This document shows, piece by piece, positions 24,265 through 33,202 of a stretch of DNA of 36,525 nt. The notes under the pieces were generated by a model. It ran no database searches. It was not told where the DNA came from and saw only the letters and a program-made list of their open reading frames with translations. Every line of letters begins with the position of its first letter. The first letter of the stretch is position 1. Location: positions 1-36,525 of the IMG/VR virus record IMGVR_UViG_3300044606_000252. One strand, 5' to 3'. The stretch is from a virus (lineage: Duplodnaviria; Caudoviricetes). Position numbers and translations under genes: made by a program.

Positions 24265-26190
24265 CTAATCCATCACCCACTTCGACGGATCAGCGTCGCT
24301 TGACTTCAGGATGTAATCGATGCCGTAACCGCCCGACCACTGCGGATCGTTCCGCGCGTTTGTGTAGATCATGTAGCCGCGATGCGGGTTCTCGTAGGCC
24401 TTGCTATTCACGATCAGCGGCATATCTAGGATTTCCAGCGTGCGTTCGACGTAGACCTCCGCCTGCTTCGGCGTAATCCCCTGTGCCGAAGCACCGCCCT
24501 GGCCCATCTTGTCCATGAACCCTTCCGTGCCGATCACGCGCTGAACGTTCGGATCGAACAGGATGCCCATTTCCTCCCAGAAGAGGAAGTTGGAACGTGT
24601 CAAGAACCAATCCCAGGGATAGATGATCCGGCCGGAGCTTGGCAGCGCGCCATAGACGTTGATACCTTCGGCGGGCGTCATCCAGGTCATCTGGAAGCCT
24701 TTCTCGCTGGTATAGCGCCGGATGATCGCCGGCTCGCCCCACACCATCGCCGGCTGGCCCTGGGTGACCATGCTCAGCGCATTCACCTGCGGGACGGTCC
24801 GGCTCTCATACAACCAGGTGGGATCGGGCACGTAGCAATGACCGTCGTACCACCACTCACATGGGGTGCCGCCGGGCGTGCCGTCCAGGGTCTGGTTGTT
24901 GTACAGACCTCTGAACGCATTTCCGAATTCGGTGCGCGTCTCTTCATCCGTCCAGTCGTAGCAACCCATCGGGGCATTGCCGAAGGTAAATCGTCGGTAG
25001 CCGACCTGGTACGCAAGCGTGGCCGTCTCAATCCACTTCTTGGCGATACGCTGGAACCAATCATGGATCGATTCGCCGGCGCGTCGCCCGAAGCCCCAAT
25101 CGCCCTCATTGTTGAGGATGAGGAGCACCAGCGGCTTGACGTCGTCGGGCAGGTATTGCTGCAATGCGACGATTTGCGCCGGGCTCAGATCGGTATCGAC
25201 GTTCCAGGTGCGCTGCGCGCCATCGTGGCCGGCACGGATCGCGTCACGCAAGACGTCTGCCGACATGCAGGTCACGCGCCCCCTCTTCGTTCCCAGGCGA
25301 GACAGGTAGTTATCCAGGCCGTCGTGCAAGCTATGCACACCGACGATGCGCGGATAGCGCGTGCTGTTCACTTTTGTGAAGCTGAAGATGAGCTTGGATG
25401 ATCCGCCATGCTCAAAATACTCAAGGGTTACCCAATGCAACCCGGCGCTCAGCTTGCAGGTGACGCTATAGGTCGCAACCTGCGGCTGCCACTTGTCCAG
25501 CACGACGTCGCCATCGATACACAGGCGCACGCCGTCATCGGCAGTGACGGTAAAGCGATAGGTGCCTGCCTCGAACGAATGCCAGCGCGAGAACCTGGCG
25601 CTGTAGGAATCTACAGGGACGCCTTCGGCGGGGCTGCCGGTGCCGACGTCCATTGACAGGTTAGGCCCTGGGTAGGTTTTCGTGGCGATAGCCTCCCCTT
25701 CCAGGTTCTCATTCGCATAGAACGACGCAACCCAATCCATATCCACAGTAATTACCGTCACAGTGACCTTGAAGTCTTCCGTCTTGCCGTCCTTGTATGT
25801 GACCGATAGCGTGTATGTCGTCGTCTCAGCCGGCGTGCGAGTGCGGCTCATCACGCCTTCTTCGTCCACGCCATCCAGCTTGACGGCATCTACGCCTTCG
25901 ACCGACCATGAAAGCGTCGTGGATTGCCTCGGCGTGATTTGGCTCGGCTGGGCCGTAAAGGACACAGCGGGATGTACAACTGGCGCGTCTGGATCGGCGA
26001 GATATGCCGCCGACGCATACCCAGTCGCAAGCCGAATGCCGTTATTAAAGAGACCAAATGACGCCCACCCATTCGTCACTGCCTCCACTTCGATTTCGGT
26101 GCCTTTCGGCATCAGCGCAAGGATCGCCGAATCCGTGTTCGGCGCCAGCCTGACATGCAGGTTCTCCGTCGTAATGCGTTTCTCGCTCAT
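24265..26190 (-). CDS. Modular cell-wall/glycan protein: SH3b + Ig-like + PA14 + putative glycoside-hydrolase barrel
   Basis: LHVRLAPNTDSAILALMPKGTEI..GW..GYASAAYL (SH3b), DSYSARF..GTYRFTVTADDGVRL..LEYFEHGG (PA14), and LNNE / DGHCY / GTEG consistent with a GH-A-like barrel. It lies in the lysis operon. Confidence 0.7.
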   Translation of the reverse strand: MSEKRITTENLHVRLAPNTDSAILALMPKGTEIEVEAVTNGWASFGLFNNGIRLATGYASAAYLADPDAPVVHPAVSFTAQPSQITPRQSTTLSWSVEGVDAVKLDGVDEEGVMSRTRTPAETTTYTLSVTYKDGKTEDFKVTVTVITVDMDWVASFYANENLEGEAIATKTYPGPNLSMDVGTGSPAEGVPVDSYSARFSRWHSFEAGTYRFTVTADDGVRLCIDGDVVLDKWQPQVATYSVTCKLSAGLHWVTLEYFEHGGSSKLIFSFTKVNSTRYPRIVGVHSLHDGLDNYLSRLGTKRGRVTCMSADVLRDAIRAGHDGAQRTWNVDTDLSPAQIVALQQYLPDDVKPLVLLILNNEGDWGFGRRAGESIHDWFQRIAKKWIETATLAYQVGYRRFTFGNAPMGCYDWTDEETRTEFGNAFRGLYNNQTLDGTPGGTPCEWWYDGHCYVPDPTWLYESRTVPQVNALSMVTQGQPAMVWGEPAIIRRYTSEKGFQMTWMTPAEGINVYGALPSSGRIIYPWDWFLTRSNFLFWEEMGILFDPNVQRVIGTEGFMDKMGQGGASAQGITPKQAEVYVERTLEILDMPLIVNSKAYENPHRGYMIYTNARNDPQWSGGYGIDYILKSSDADPSKWVMD

Positions 26191-27443
26191 AGATTCCTCT
26201 CGTAAAGCACAATTGAGGTGATGATCCGAGCCGGTGTCCAGGTGGGGTTGAGCGCATAGCGCAGGAGCGAAGCGCTCTCCTCCGCCGGGACCGGCCAGGG
26301 ATCATGGATGAGATAGTCGTCGCCGCGCTTGGCGTAGATCAGCACCCAGTGATATTGCGGCCCAGGCGCGGGGCTACCGTCCACTTCGACGATCACAGGG
26401 TTCCCATTCGCCAGCGCGCCATCGACGACGTCCATCGGCGCGGCCACGTCGCGGCAGCGCACGATCCGGGCGAATTTGATGTCGGGGAAGAGCGTATTCA
26501 GCGCGCTGAACACAAACAAGTTCTTGGTGTTGCCGGTATAGCCCTTGCCGTACCCAAGCGCCTTCAGTTTTGCGTTGAGCGTCGCCGGCGTTTCCTGCTT
26601 GCCGAAGCCATTCGTGACCATCGTCGCGCAGGTCAGTAAGCAACCGTATGTGCCGATGGTGGACGTCTTGTCGCCGTATCCGAGCTGATCCCCCGCCCAC
26701 GCAGGATCCCGCTGTGAGAGCGGCTGCGTGGCGAACATAGGGGCTTCAGGGGCCGGTGGCGGCGCTGGCTCCTGGGCGATGGGCAAAAGCATTTCAAGCG
26801 GCACATTCAGGATGTCAAGATCAATGGCACTGGACTCAACACCATAGGTGCTGCCATTGCCGCCTGAGCTATGCTGCCAGACCGTCCAGGACGACCACGG
26901 CTCCGGGACGATCAAACTCGCTTCAGAAATATAGGCTGCCAGCCAGAGCGAATAGTCGGCCAGCCAGGGAGCGCTGCCGACGTTGGGCATATACCAGGTG
27001 CCGGTATACACCACCGGCCGGCGATTGGCGATCTGTGTAATATTCTCCAGGCAGACCTTCAGGCGCTGGCGCCAGGCATCACTCCACGCCTGCTTCGGCA
27101 TCTCCACATCGACCACCGGCGGCAGTTCGCCATAGTCACTACCGAGTGACTGAAATAGTGCCTTGACCTGCTTATCCGGGTCTATCTGGGGATAAAAGGC
27201 CAGGTAGGCGCCCCTAGGCAGTTTCCCCCTGGATTCGGCCCAGTTGCGGGCAATGTTTACGTCCTGCCCATCCGCCAGCGCTGCGCGAATCCAGGCGAAG
27301 CATGCCTGAGTAGATAGAGTCGTCCAGTTGATCTTCCCCTGCCATTGCGATACGTCCACGCCATGAATGCGCGGATCGGTTTCTGGAATAAGGGTTGGCA
27401 CCTTGCGATACTGCCCGGCGGCCATCCCTCGCCATAGGTCCAT
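26187..27443 (-). CDS. Endolysin: GH25 muramidase plus C-terminal peptidase C39-like domain
   Basis: GVDVSQWQG, VVDVE, LWLAAY, WQHSS, IDLD (GH25). SQRDPAW..GTYGCLLT..HWVLI..IHDPW (C39-like Cys-His-Asp). Confidence 0.88.
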   Translation of the reverse strand: MDLWRGMAAGQYRKVPTLIPETDPRIHGVDVSQWQGKINWTTLSTQACFAWIRAALADGQDVNIARNWAESRGKLPRGAYLAFYPQIDPDKQVKALFQSLGSDYGELPPVVDVEMPKQAWSDAWRQRLKVCLENITQIANRRPVVYTGTWYMPNVGSAPWLADYSLWLAAYISEASLIVPEPWSSWTVWQHSSGGNGSTYGVESSAIDLDILNVPLEMLLPIAQEPAPPPAPEAPMFATQPLSQRDPAWAGDQLGYGDKTSTIGTYGCLLTCATMVTNGFGKQETPATLNAKLKALGYGKGYTGNTKNLFVFSALNTLFPDIKFARIVRCRDVAAPMDVVDGALANGNPVIVEVDGSPAPGPQYHWVLIYAKRGDDYLIHDPWPVPAEESASLLRYALNPTWTPARIITSIVLYERNL

Positions 27444-27444
27444 G

Positions 27445-27849
27445 CTATTTCTCCTCCGGCATTTCTTCCGGTGTTTGGCTCAGCGCCGCGAGTTGTGCAA
27501 CCAGCCGCGCAGCCCAGGCGCGATAGATGCGGTTCTCTCGCCGTAGTTCGTCGTTTGCCTTGCTGAGTTCCTCATTCGCCTCGCGCAGCTCCTGGTTCTC
27601 CTGGCGCACGGCAACCAGTTCCGCCTTGAATGCAGCGCGGTCGGCGTCTTGCTGTTTCCTGAGCGCATCGAGTTGCTCACGCAACATCTTGACGACCGTT
27701 TCGGCGGATTCAATGGTGCTGTTATCCGCCTCTGCGAGGGCCTTCCGGGCATTTGCCGCTGCCAACCTCTGATTCCCAATCAGCGCTGCCGCAGCAATCC
27801 CCGTAGAAACGATACTGATAGCAATAGGTACAGCCTCAATGAATTCCAC
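27445..27849 (-). CDS. Membrane-anchored coiled-coil lysis-cassette protein
   Basis: GTG start after SD GGGGAG. One TM helix followed by a long coiled coil. It precedes the endolysin. Confidence 0.65.
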   Translation of the reverse strand: MEFIEAVPIAISIVSTGIAAAALIGNQRLAAANARKALAEADNSTIESAETVVKMLREQLDALRKQQDADRAAFKAELVAVRQENQELREANEELSKANDELRRENRIYRAWAARLVAQLAALSQTPEEMPEEK

Positions 27850-28120
27850 GAAATCTCCCCCCAATGAAGAAATAGAGCCCAAGCGTTACGCCGGCATGGA
27901 TGATGATCGATAGCCCCCACACATTGAGTTCCAATGCGATACGGGTGGCATCTGCGACGATCACCAGTGCGATGAATGCGGCGGCGTTGAATAGCCATAG
28001 CAACGCCGGAACAGCCAGACGCCATTGGCGCCGGTTGTGCTTGATCCAGCGGCATGCTGCTGCCGTTGCTATCATCAACGTCACGGCAGCTACCAGCTCA
28101 AGCGCATCTGGCAGCGTCAT
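27836..28120 (-). CDS. Three-TM membrane protein (holin-like)
   Basis: Three hydrophobic segments. Coupled to both neighbouring genes. Confidence 0.6.
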   Translation of the reverse strand: MTLPDALELVAAVTLMIATAAACRWIKHNRRQWRLAVPALLWLFNAAAFIALVIVADATRIALELNVWGLSIIIHAGVTLGLYFFIGGRFRGIH

Positions 28121-28527
28121 CAGTTCTTCGCTGTAGCGCTCCCGAATGCGTCATAGACCCCCGATGCGATCAGCCCAAGCATGAGCCCATACACGATGAC
28201 GGCAAACCAACCCCCGAAATCGACTGGGACATCCTGGCTCACCATATATGCCGCGCCGAACACGATGCCGATAGCCATCGATGCCACCGTCAGCCAACGC
28301 CCTGCCAAGCCCAAGCGCTTGGATAGCTCCACCAGCCCCAGCACCAGGAGCACCAGCGGCACGCCGGCGACAGCGGCGCTCGTAAATGCACCGAAATTAG
28401 TTGGGGCGGATTGGAATGCCGGGGAAAAAGCTCTGGCCTGCACGACGGCGGTCGGGATCAGGACGCAAGCGACTAACACGCACAGAACGATGAATGGCCT
28501 CACCAAACGACGGAAGACAGATTGCAT
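28120..28527 (-). CDS. Putative holin
   Basis: About four TM segments with LVLGLVELSKRLG and GLMLGLIASGVYD, a holin-type ending. SD GGAGG. First gene after the leader terminator. Confidence 0.75.
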   Translation of the reverse strand: MQSVFRRLVRPFIVLCVLVACVLIPTAVVQARAFSPAFQSAPTNFGAFTSAAVAGVPLVLLVLGLVELSKRLGLAGRWLTVASMAIGIVFGAAYMVSQDVPVDFGGWFAVIVYGLMLGLIASGVYDAFGSATAKN

Positions 28528-28540
28528 AGCAAACCTCCAG

Positions 28541-28596
28541 AAATAAAAAAAGCGCCCACCAGAAATGATTCTGGTGGGCGCTCAATGCGCGGACCT
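28541..28596 (-). terminator. Leader terminator before the lysis cassette, related to the 116-bp repeat
   Basis: CCGCGCATTG-AGCGCCCACCAGAA-TCAT-TTCTGGTGGGCGCT-TTTTTTATTT. Confidence 0.8.
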
Positions 28597-28637
28597 AAAG
28601 TCTTAAGTTGTAGAAAGACAGCGAGGCGTCAGCCGAG

Positions 28638-28859
28638 CTAATCTTCCTTAATGGCAGATAGGTGAATGCGAATCTCGATCATTTTCACCACAGCCGCCAA
28701 TGCCGCCTCTGACGCTGCGAGTATAACATCCGCCATCCAACTGCGGGAATGGCAGCTCTCACGATATAGATTTAGTGCCGTCATGAGGGACTGCAACCCC
28801 CGCTTTGTCTCTATCGCTATTTTCCGCTCATTAACGGATATTTCTTGCATGACATCCAC
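28638..28859 (-). CDS. Hypothetical helical protein (about 70 aa)
   Basis: Open frame between the promoter and the leader terminator. The start is uncertain and there is no clear SD. Confidence 0.4.
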   Translation of the reverse strand: MDVMQEISVNERKIAIETKRGLQSLMTALNLYRESCHSRSWMADVILAASEAALAAVVKMIEIRIHLSAIKED

Positions 28860-28938
28860 TTTGTTGGCCGCGACGGATTAGATCGCGGCCACATACAGGA
28901 GGAGAATCACATGGCCATCCACACATGGCACAACCGCG

Positions 28939-28966
28939 CTTATAGCACAAACGTTTTGTTCGTCAA
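28939..28966 (-). promoter_or_regulatory. Sigma70-type promoter for the lysis/tRNA operon
   Basis: TTGACG-N16-TATAAG with TG at the extended -10 position, directly after a terminator. Confidence 0.6.
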
Positions 28967-28976
28967 GCGGTGAGAC

Positions 28977-29002
28977 AAAAAAGCCGCCTGAGCGGCGGCT
29001 TC
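28977..29002 (-). terminator. Intrinsic terminator
   Basis: AAGCCGCC-GCTCA-GGCGGCTT-TTTT after the lipoprotein gene. Confidence 0.8.
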
Positions 29003-29025
29003 AAATGGGTAGGGTGGGGCGGATT

Positions 29026-29634
29026 TTATGGCAGACTCTCGCAAACCAACCCATCATGATCGTTCCCATCCAGGCGGAACGGATTCGCTCCCCCCACTAC
29101 CCCACCGCAATAGTTCCAGCACGCCTGGGCTTGCGCCTGGGTCGTGAAATCAGCACAATCCAGGTCCGGCCCATTGCAATCACACGGCGCGGCTGCCGCC
29201 GGTGCCGGGGCTGCCGGCTGGGCAGGCACTGGGGTATCGGTCGGAACGACTGAAACAGGCTCAGCCGTCGGCACGTCCGTAGGAGCCGGGGCGAGCGTCG
29301 GAGCTTCCGTCGCCGCCGGCGTAGCGGTTGGCGGCTCGGTCGCTGCCGGTTTCAGTTCTGGCGTTGCAGTATCGGGCATTGCCGTATTGGTCGGCTCAGT
29401 CGTCGGCGTATTGGTCGATGCGATTGTGGGAGTTGGCGCCGGCGTCGCAGTATCGGTCGGTACTGCGGTTTCGGTTGGCGCACTCGTATCGGTAGGGGCA
29501 ATGGTCGCTGTATTGGTTGGTGCGCTTGTGGCGCTGGGAGAGGGAATGGTAGTCGGCGTGCTAGTGGGTGGTTGACCGCATGCGGCAAGCAGGGCAAGAA
29601 AAACGATCACGGCGAACAGCTTTGAAAAACGCAT
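29026..29634 (-). CDS. Lipoprotein with Pro/Thr-rich linker and excalibur-like Ca-binding domain
   Basis: Lipobox LAAC, PT repeats, C-terminal DLDCADF...LDGNDHDGLVCE. SD AGGAGG. Confidence 0.8.
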   Translation of the reverse strand: MRFSKLFAVIVFLALLAACGQPPTSTPTTIPSPSATSAPTNTATIAPTDTSAPTETAVPTDTATPAPTPTIASTNTPTTEPTNTAMPDTATPELKPAATEPPTATPAATEAPTLAPAPTDVPTAEPVSVVPTDTPVPAQPAAPAPAAAAPCDCNGPDLDCADFTTQAQAQACWNYCGGVVGGANPFRLDGNDHDGLVCESLP

Positions 29635-29685
29635 GGATTCCTCCTGTGAATGTGTGGGTCCCTACCCTATTCTGGCACCGTTCCG

Positions 29686-29720
29686 AAAAAAACAAAAGAG
29701 CCACCCGCATGGATGGCTCT
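29686..29720 (-). terminator. Intrinsic terminator
   Basis: AGAGCCATCC-ATGC-GGGTGGCTCT-TTTGTTTTTTT. Confidence 0.8.
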
Positions 29721-29737
29721 GAGGGGCAGGAGAATGG

Positions 29738-30661
29738 TTATACGGCTTCGTCGGTCTCAGGATTGAGGGTACGTAGAACATCCGTGCTTTCGATATTTGG
29801 CGGCGTGGTCCTGATCCGCTCTATTGGATCATTACCACCACGAAGAACGTCTTCGATCTCCCAATGCCAGTGGTTGGCCTCACCGACATCGCGGGTTACC
29901 TTGCGTTCCTCGCCAAAGTGTACGCGCTCGCGTACCCAGCCTACGCCGTCCTCGTCTTCGAACTCGAAGACGCTATATTTCCACTCTTCCCCGCTCCCGT
30001 CCTTCGTGTCGTTGCGAGCCCGCGTATGGGTATAGCGCGGGTCGGTGTACAGACAATCACCGTGGCTCAATGGTGATGGCCCGCTCTCGCGCCAGTGCTC
30101 GCGCAGCTTGAACACCGGGCGGGCGCCGATCCCGCTGAAGCGCTTGACCTGGCGTACCTGCCATGCGACATAGACCATTTCATACTTCGGCGCCTCGATC
30201 CAGGGGAGGTATTCCACTGCATCGCGCATGAGCAACTTGACCATCACGGCGGGGATCAGCATCCCGACCAGGCTGTGAGCATACGGAATGTCGTGCTCAC
30301 AGTCCATTGACCACTCTTTCTCGGTCGTGTCGAAGCCAACCGAGTTAATGAGGTTCAGTTCCTCCATCCGTGCAAGGATCTCGGCTTCCTTGTCGGCGTC
30401 ATCCGAGTATGGGTTATTCGGAGCACTAGAGATGTTCGACCATACGAACAACTCCGCATCGCCGAATACCACGTCTGCTCCCGCTAGGCAGTCCGGTGAT
30501 GTGCCTGGACCATATTCAATGGTCCGATTCGACTTATACGGGGAGCAACGATGCTCAAGAATGACGTTGCCGTGCTCAGACGTGATGTTCAAATTAGTCC
30601 GGTCCTCAAGCGATTGGATAGTTGCGACAAGTCGGTTAAAGTTTGGTTTATTTGTAGCCAT
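29738..30661 (-). CDS. Hypothetical protein (307 aa)
   Basis: SD GAGAGG and a long acidic ORF. No family was recognised. Confidence 0.7.
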   Translation of the reverse strand: MATNKPNFNRLVATIQSLEDRTNLNITSEHGNVILEHRCSPYKSNRTIEYGPGTSPDCLAGADVVFGDAELFVWSNISSAPNNPYSDDADKEAEILARMEELNLINSVGFDTTEKEWSMDCEHDIPYAHSLVGMLIPAVMVKLLMRDAVEYLPWIEAPKYEMVYVAWQVRQVKRFSGIGARPVFKLREHWRESGPSPLSHGDCLYTDPRYTHTRARNDTKDGSGEEWKYSVFEFEDEDGVGWVRERVHFGEERKVTRDVGEANHWHWEIEDVLRGGNDPIERIRTTPPNIESTDVLRTLNPETDEAV

Positions 30662-30765
30662 TTCGATTCCTCTCTACCATCTCCGCCGCGCTCGCGCATC
30701 AGCGGAGGTGATGAATTATCTAGTTGCTCCTGTTGATGCCGGTTAGTCACTCCCCGGCAACACTT

Positions 30766-30969
30766 TCAGAATGTCAGAGCGTTATGCTCTTTCAAGAACT
30801 TGATTGCCTGGTCGAATGCGTCCGACAAACCGTCCCGTTTAGCCTTCAGCTGAGAGACCTTAGCGGCACTGGCCCGGCGATCCTTCTTGGCTGCCCGGAA
30901 GGCCTCGTCGGCTTCTGCATACTGCTTGCGGATTTCATTTTCCTTTTCAATTGTCATTTCTGTTTTCAT
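30766..30969 (-). CDS. Small coiled-coil hypothetical protein (67 aa)
   Basis: SD AGGGAG before the ATG at 30969. First gene of the leftward arm of cassette 2. Confidence 0.65.
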   Translation of the reverse strand: MKTEMTIEKENEIRKQYAEADEAFRAAKKDRRASAAKVSQLKAKRDGLSDAFDQAIKFLKEHNALTF

Positions 30970-30989
30970 TTCTGTTCTCCCTGCATGGA

Positions 30990-31131
30990 TAGATATTAGC
31001 ATATCTGCTAACAACTGTCAATAGCAAAACTTGACAAATCTCAACCGAGTTTTCACAAAGATTCATCCAAACTTGTCAAGTTTTTATGCCTTTTACCCCT
31101 TGACAGTTGTTAGCATATCTGCTAATATCTA
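30990..31131. promoter_or_regulatory. Back-to-back mirror-image promoters (cassette 2) with palindromic operators
   Basis: 32-bp inverted repeat (30/32) at 30990-31021 and 31100-31131. Each arm is TTGACA-N17-TAATAT and contains TTAGCA-N4-TGCTAA. An inner perfect 12-bp IR lies at 31026-31037 / 31073-31084. Confidence 0.88.
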
Positions 31132-31153
31132 GTCAATCAAGGAGAGATGAATC

Positions 31154-31897
31154 ATGTACACAGTAACGGTAGAAGCAAAGCCAAAATACGACGAATCCAA
31201 AGACCCTCGCACAACGGGCGGTGCTTTCACAATCTCACAGCGGATGCCCAGGGACCTGTGGGACAAACTCAAGTCTCACGGCTGGTGCTGGTACGTCAGC
31301 AATGACGACATCGAAGATTTTGGCAATTACGGTGCTCAGCCTGGTTGGCGATACAACGTCGAAGCCCTGCGGCTGATCGTCCGGCAGGGAAATGAACTGC
31401 TGGTGGATGGTGAGAAAGTCACCAGCACCAGGGGGCTCTCCGACCTGTGGTCACCGGCGGGCATGGCGGCCCAGCAGGCGAAGGTCGATGCTGAGAAGGC
31501 CGAGGAAGCCAGGCGGGAAGCAATTAAGGCCCGTATCGGTGAGATTGCCGGCTACATTCGCGATGCCGGCGAACGACCAGAGGGCAGCCAGGCGGTAAAT
31601 GGCGAGATGATCCTGGATTCCGGCAACATCTACGGGAGCGGACGCTGGTTCACCATCACACCGTACCACATCTGGTACGTGAAAAATAACGGCGGCGATG
31701 GCGACAACTGGGCGAGCAACAACGTCATCACTGGCGGCGCTGGCGCGATTGGCTGGCGCATCCCGTTCAACCAGGTCATCGCCGATGAACTCCGCCGCCT
31801 GGCCAACGGCCAACTCAGCCGGGACTTCACACTGCCAGCACTCCCTGAGAAGCCAGCAACACCGAGTGACACTTTGAGTGATTTCTTTCAAGACTGA
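31154..31897 (+). CDS. Hypothetical protein (247 aa)
   Basis: SD AAGGAG. C-terminal domain WYVKNNGGDGDNWASNNV..GAIGWR. No function assigned. Confidence 0.75.
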   Translation: MYTVTVEAKPKYDESKDPRTTGGAFTISQRMPRDLWDKLKSHGWCWYVSNDDIEDFGNYGAQPGWRYNVEALRLIVRQGNELLVDGEKVTSTRGLSDLWSPAGMAAQQAKVDAEKAEEARREAIKARIGEIAGYIRDAGERPEGSQAVNGEMILDSGNIYGSGRWFTITPYHIWYVKNNGGDGDNWASNNVITGGAGAIGWRIPFNQVIADELRRLANGQLSRDFTLPALPEKPATPSDTLSDFFQD

Positions 31898-31937
31898 ATC
31901 AACGCCGGCGGGGTGACTAAGCCGGCCTAGGAGCAAC

Positions 31938-32198
31938 ATGAAACTCATCCACTACTCAACCAATCCAAATTTCAAGCCGCGCGCGATCCAAACCGTGGAC
32001 GGCATGGGCAAGGGATGCTTCTTCTACCCGGAGGGCGAAGAGGTCGAGTGGACTAATCGGTTCCGGTTTGAATTCTGGCTGGACGATGAAACGAAGGCGG
32101 AGTTCGTCCAGGAATTTGAGGCGGGTGAGTTCCCAGATGTGGACCACAAGATAACCGAATTGTTCGTAAGAGCAAAAAACCTAAAATACTTGAGGTAG
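31938..32198 (+). CDS. Hypothetical protein (86 aa)
   Basis: SD AGGAG. MKLIHYST..F......MGKGCFF weakly recalls an ADP-ribosyltransferase-fold N-terminus. Confidence 0.6.
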   Translation: MKLIHYSTNPNFKPRAIQTVDGMGKGCFFYPEGEEVEWTNRFRFEFWLDDETKAEFVQEFEAGEFPDVDHKITELFVRAKNLKYLR

Positions 32199-32201
32199 TC
32201 A

Positions 32202-32438
32202 ATGCCACACTATTTTTATCACGTCGAAGGCCCCGAAGGCCATGAAGTTTATCGTGACCAAAAGATGATCGCCGGTCCATTTGCTGATCCGGCGCGTGCT
32301 CGCGCCGTAGAAGAGCGATTGGCAAAGCAGCAGAGCGTCAATGCTATCTTCACCGTGCTGCCATCCGACTTTGATACGTCGCACATTGATTCAACATGCA
32401 CGATTTCACGTGCATGCTGGAAGGCGCCGGCGGAATAA
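32202..32438 (+). CDS. Hypothetical protein (78 aa)
   Basis: SD GAGGT and tight operon packing. Confidence 0.55.
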   Translation: MPHYFYHVEGPEGHEVYRDQKMIAGPFADPARARAVEERLAKQQSVNAIFTVLPSDFDTSHIDSTCTISRACWKAPAE

Positions 32439-32662
32439 TGACCACTGGCCCTCACACGGCACAAACCACACTCGCCAAAGCAGCACGGCTAGCCGTGCTG
32501 CTCGCGTTAGACGATGCCGGTCTACTGGAAGGCCGGTCGTTGCAGGACATCGCGGATGCGTTGCATCAGGACAATTACCGCTCCACGATCTCGCGCGACC
32601 TGCGCCTGTTGCCGCAGGTGCGCCGCATCCGTAACCAGGCAATACAACGTTTAAGGAGATGA
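32438..32662 (+). CDS. Small HTH protein (74 aa)
   Basis: TAATG coupling. RSLQDIADALHQDNYRSTISRDL is an HTH pattern. Confidence 0.65.
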   Translation: MTTGPHTAQTTLAKAARLAVLLALDDAGLLEGRSLQDIADALHQDNYRSTISRDLRLLPQVRRIRNQAIQRLRR

Positions 32663-32665
32663 AGC

Positions 32666-33202
32666 ATGGCAGTCTATGAAGTTGGCAAACCTTACAACCC
32701 CGGCATGATGAGTTGGCCGGAGGCCGCGCAGTACAACTACCGGCAGGGCGGGCACGAGCTGGTGCTGTTCTACCTGCCACCCATCGACGACGATGAGGTA
32801 ATGGCGGTCACGAAGCAGGAGGCTCGCTTCGGGGTTGACGTGGAGGGAGACGTGATTTTCTTCCTCTATCGGTTTACAGGCGATGAAGATTGGAGCGATT
32901 GCCCGTATAGCATCCACCTAGTACCACCGGATCAACGCACGGTGCCGCCGATCCTGGGGAATGACGAGTTGGTATTACTCAGCGTCATCCTGGTTGATGC
33001 CGAATCCGGCATCGTTCGCGGCCTCCGCGCGGTGACGCTATCACGGACCGTTTCGCGCGCGCTGGTGACGGCGATCCGCGCGCAAGCGGCAAAGCCGTGG
33101 GACGTCAAACAATACGATTTTCAACTTACGCAGGCACACCAGCGGATCAGCGTCCGCGAGATGGCGCGCCGGGGTGTCACCTGCAAGGCAGGCGAGAAAT
33201 GA
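32666..33202 (+). CDS. Hypothetical protein (178 aa)
   Basis: SD AAGGAG. Protein-like sequence (WSDCPYSIHL, VILVDAESGIVRGLR). Confidence 0.7.
   Translation: MAVYEVGKPYNPGMMSWPEAAQYNYRQGGHELVLFYLPPIDDDEVMAVTKQEARFGVDVEGDVIFFLYRFTGDEDWSDCPYSIHLVPPDQRTVPPILGNDELVLLSVILVDAESGIVRGLRAVTLSRTVSRALVTAIRAQAAKPWDVKQYDFQLTQAHQRISVREMARRGVTCKAGEK

Noticed and set aside
30662-30720. Possible hammerhead ribozyme (CTGATG...GAAA on the minus strand)
   Set aside because: The core reads CTGATGC rather than CTGANGA and the stems do not close around GAAA. It is only a simple GC hairpin.
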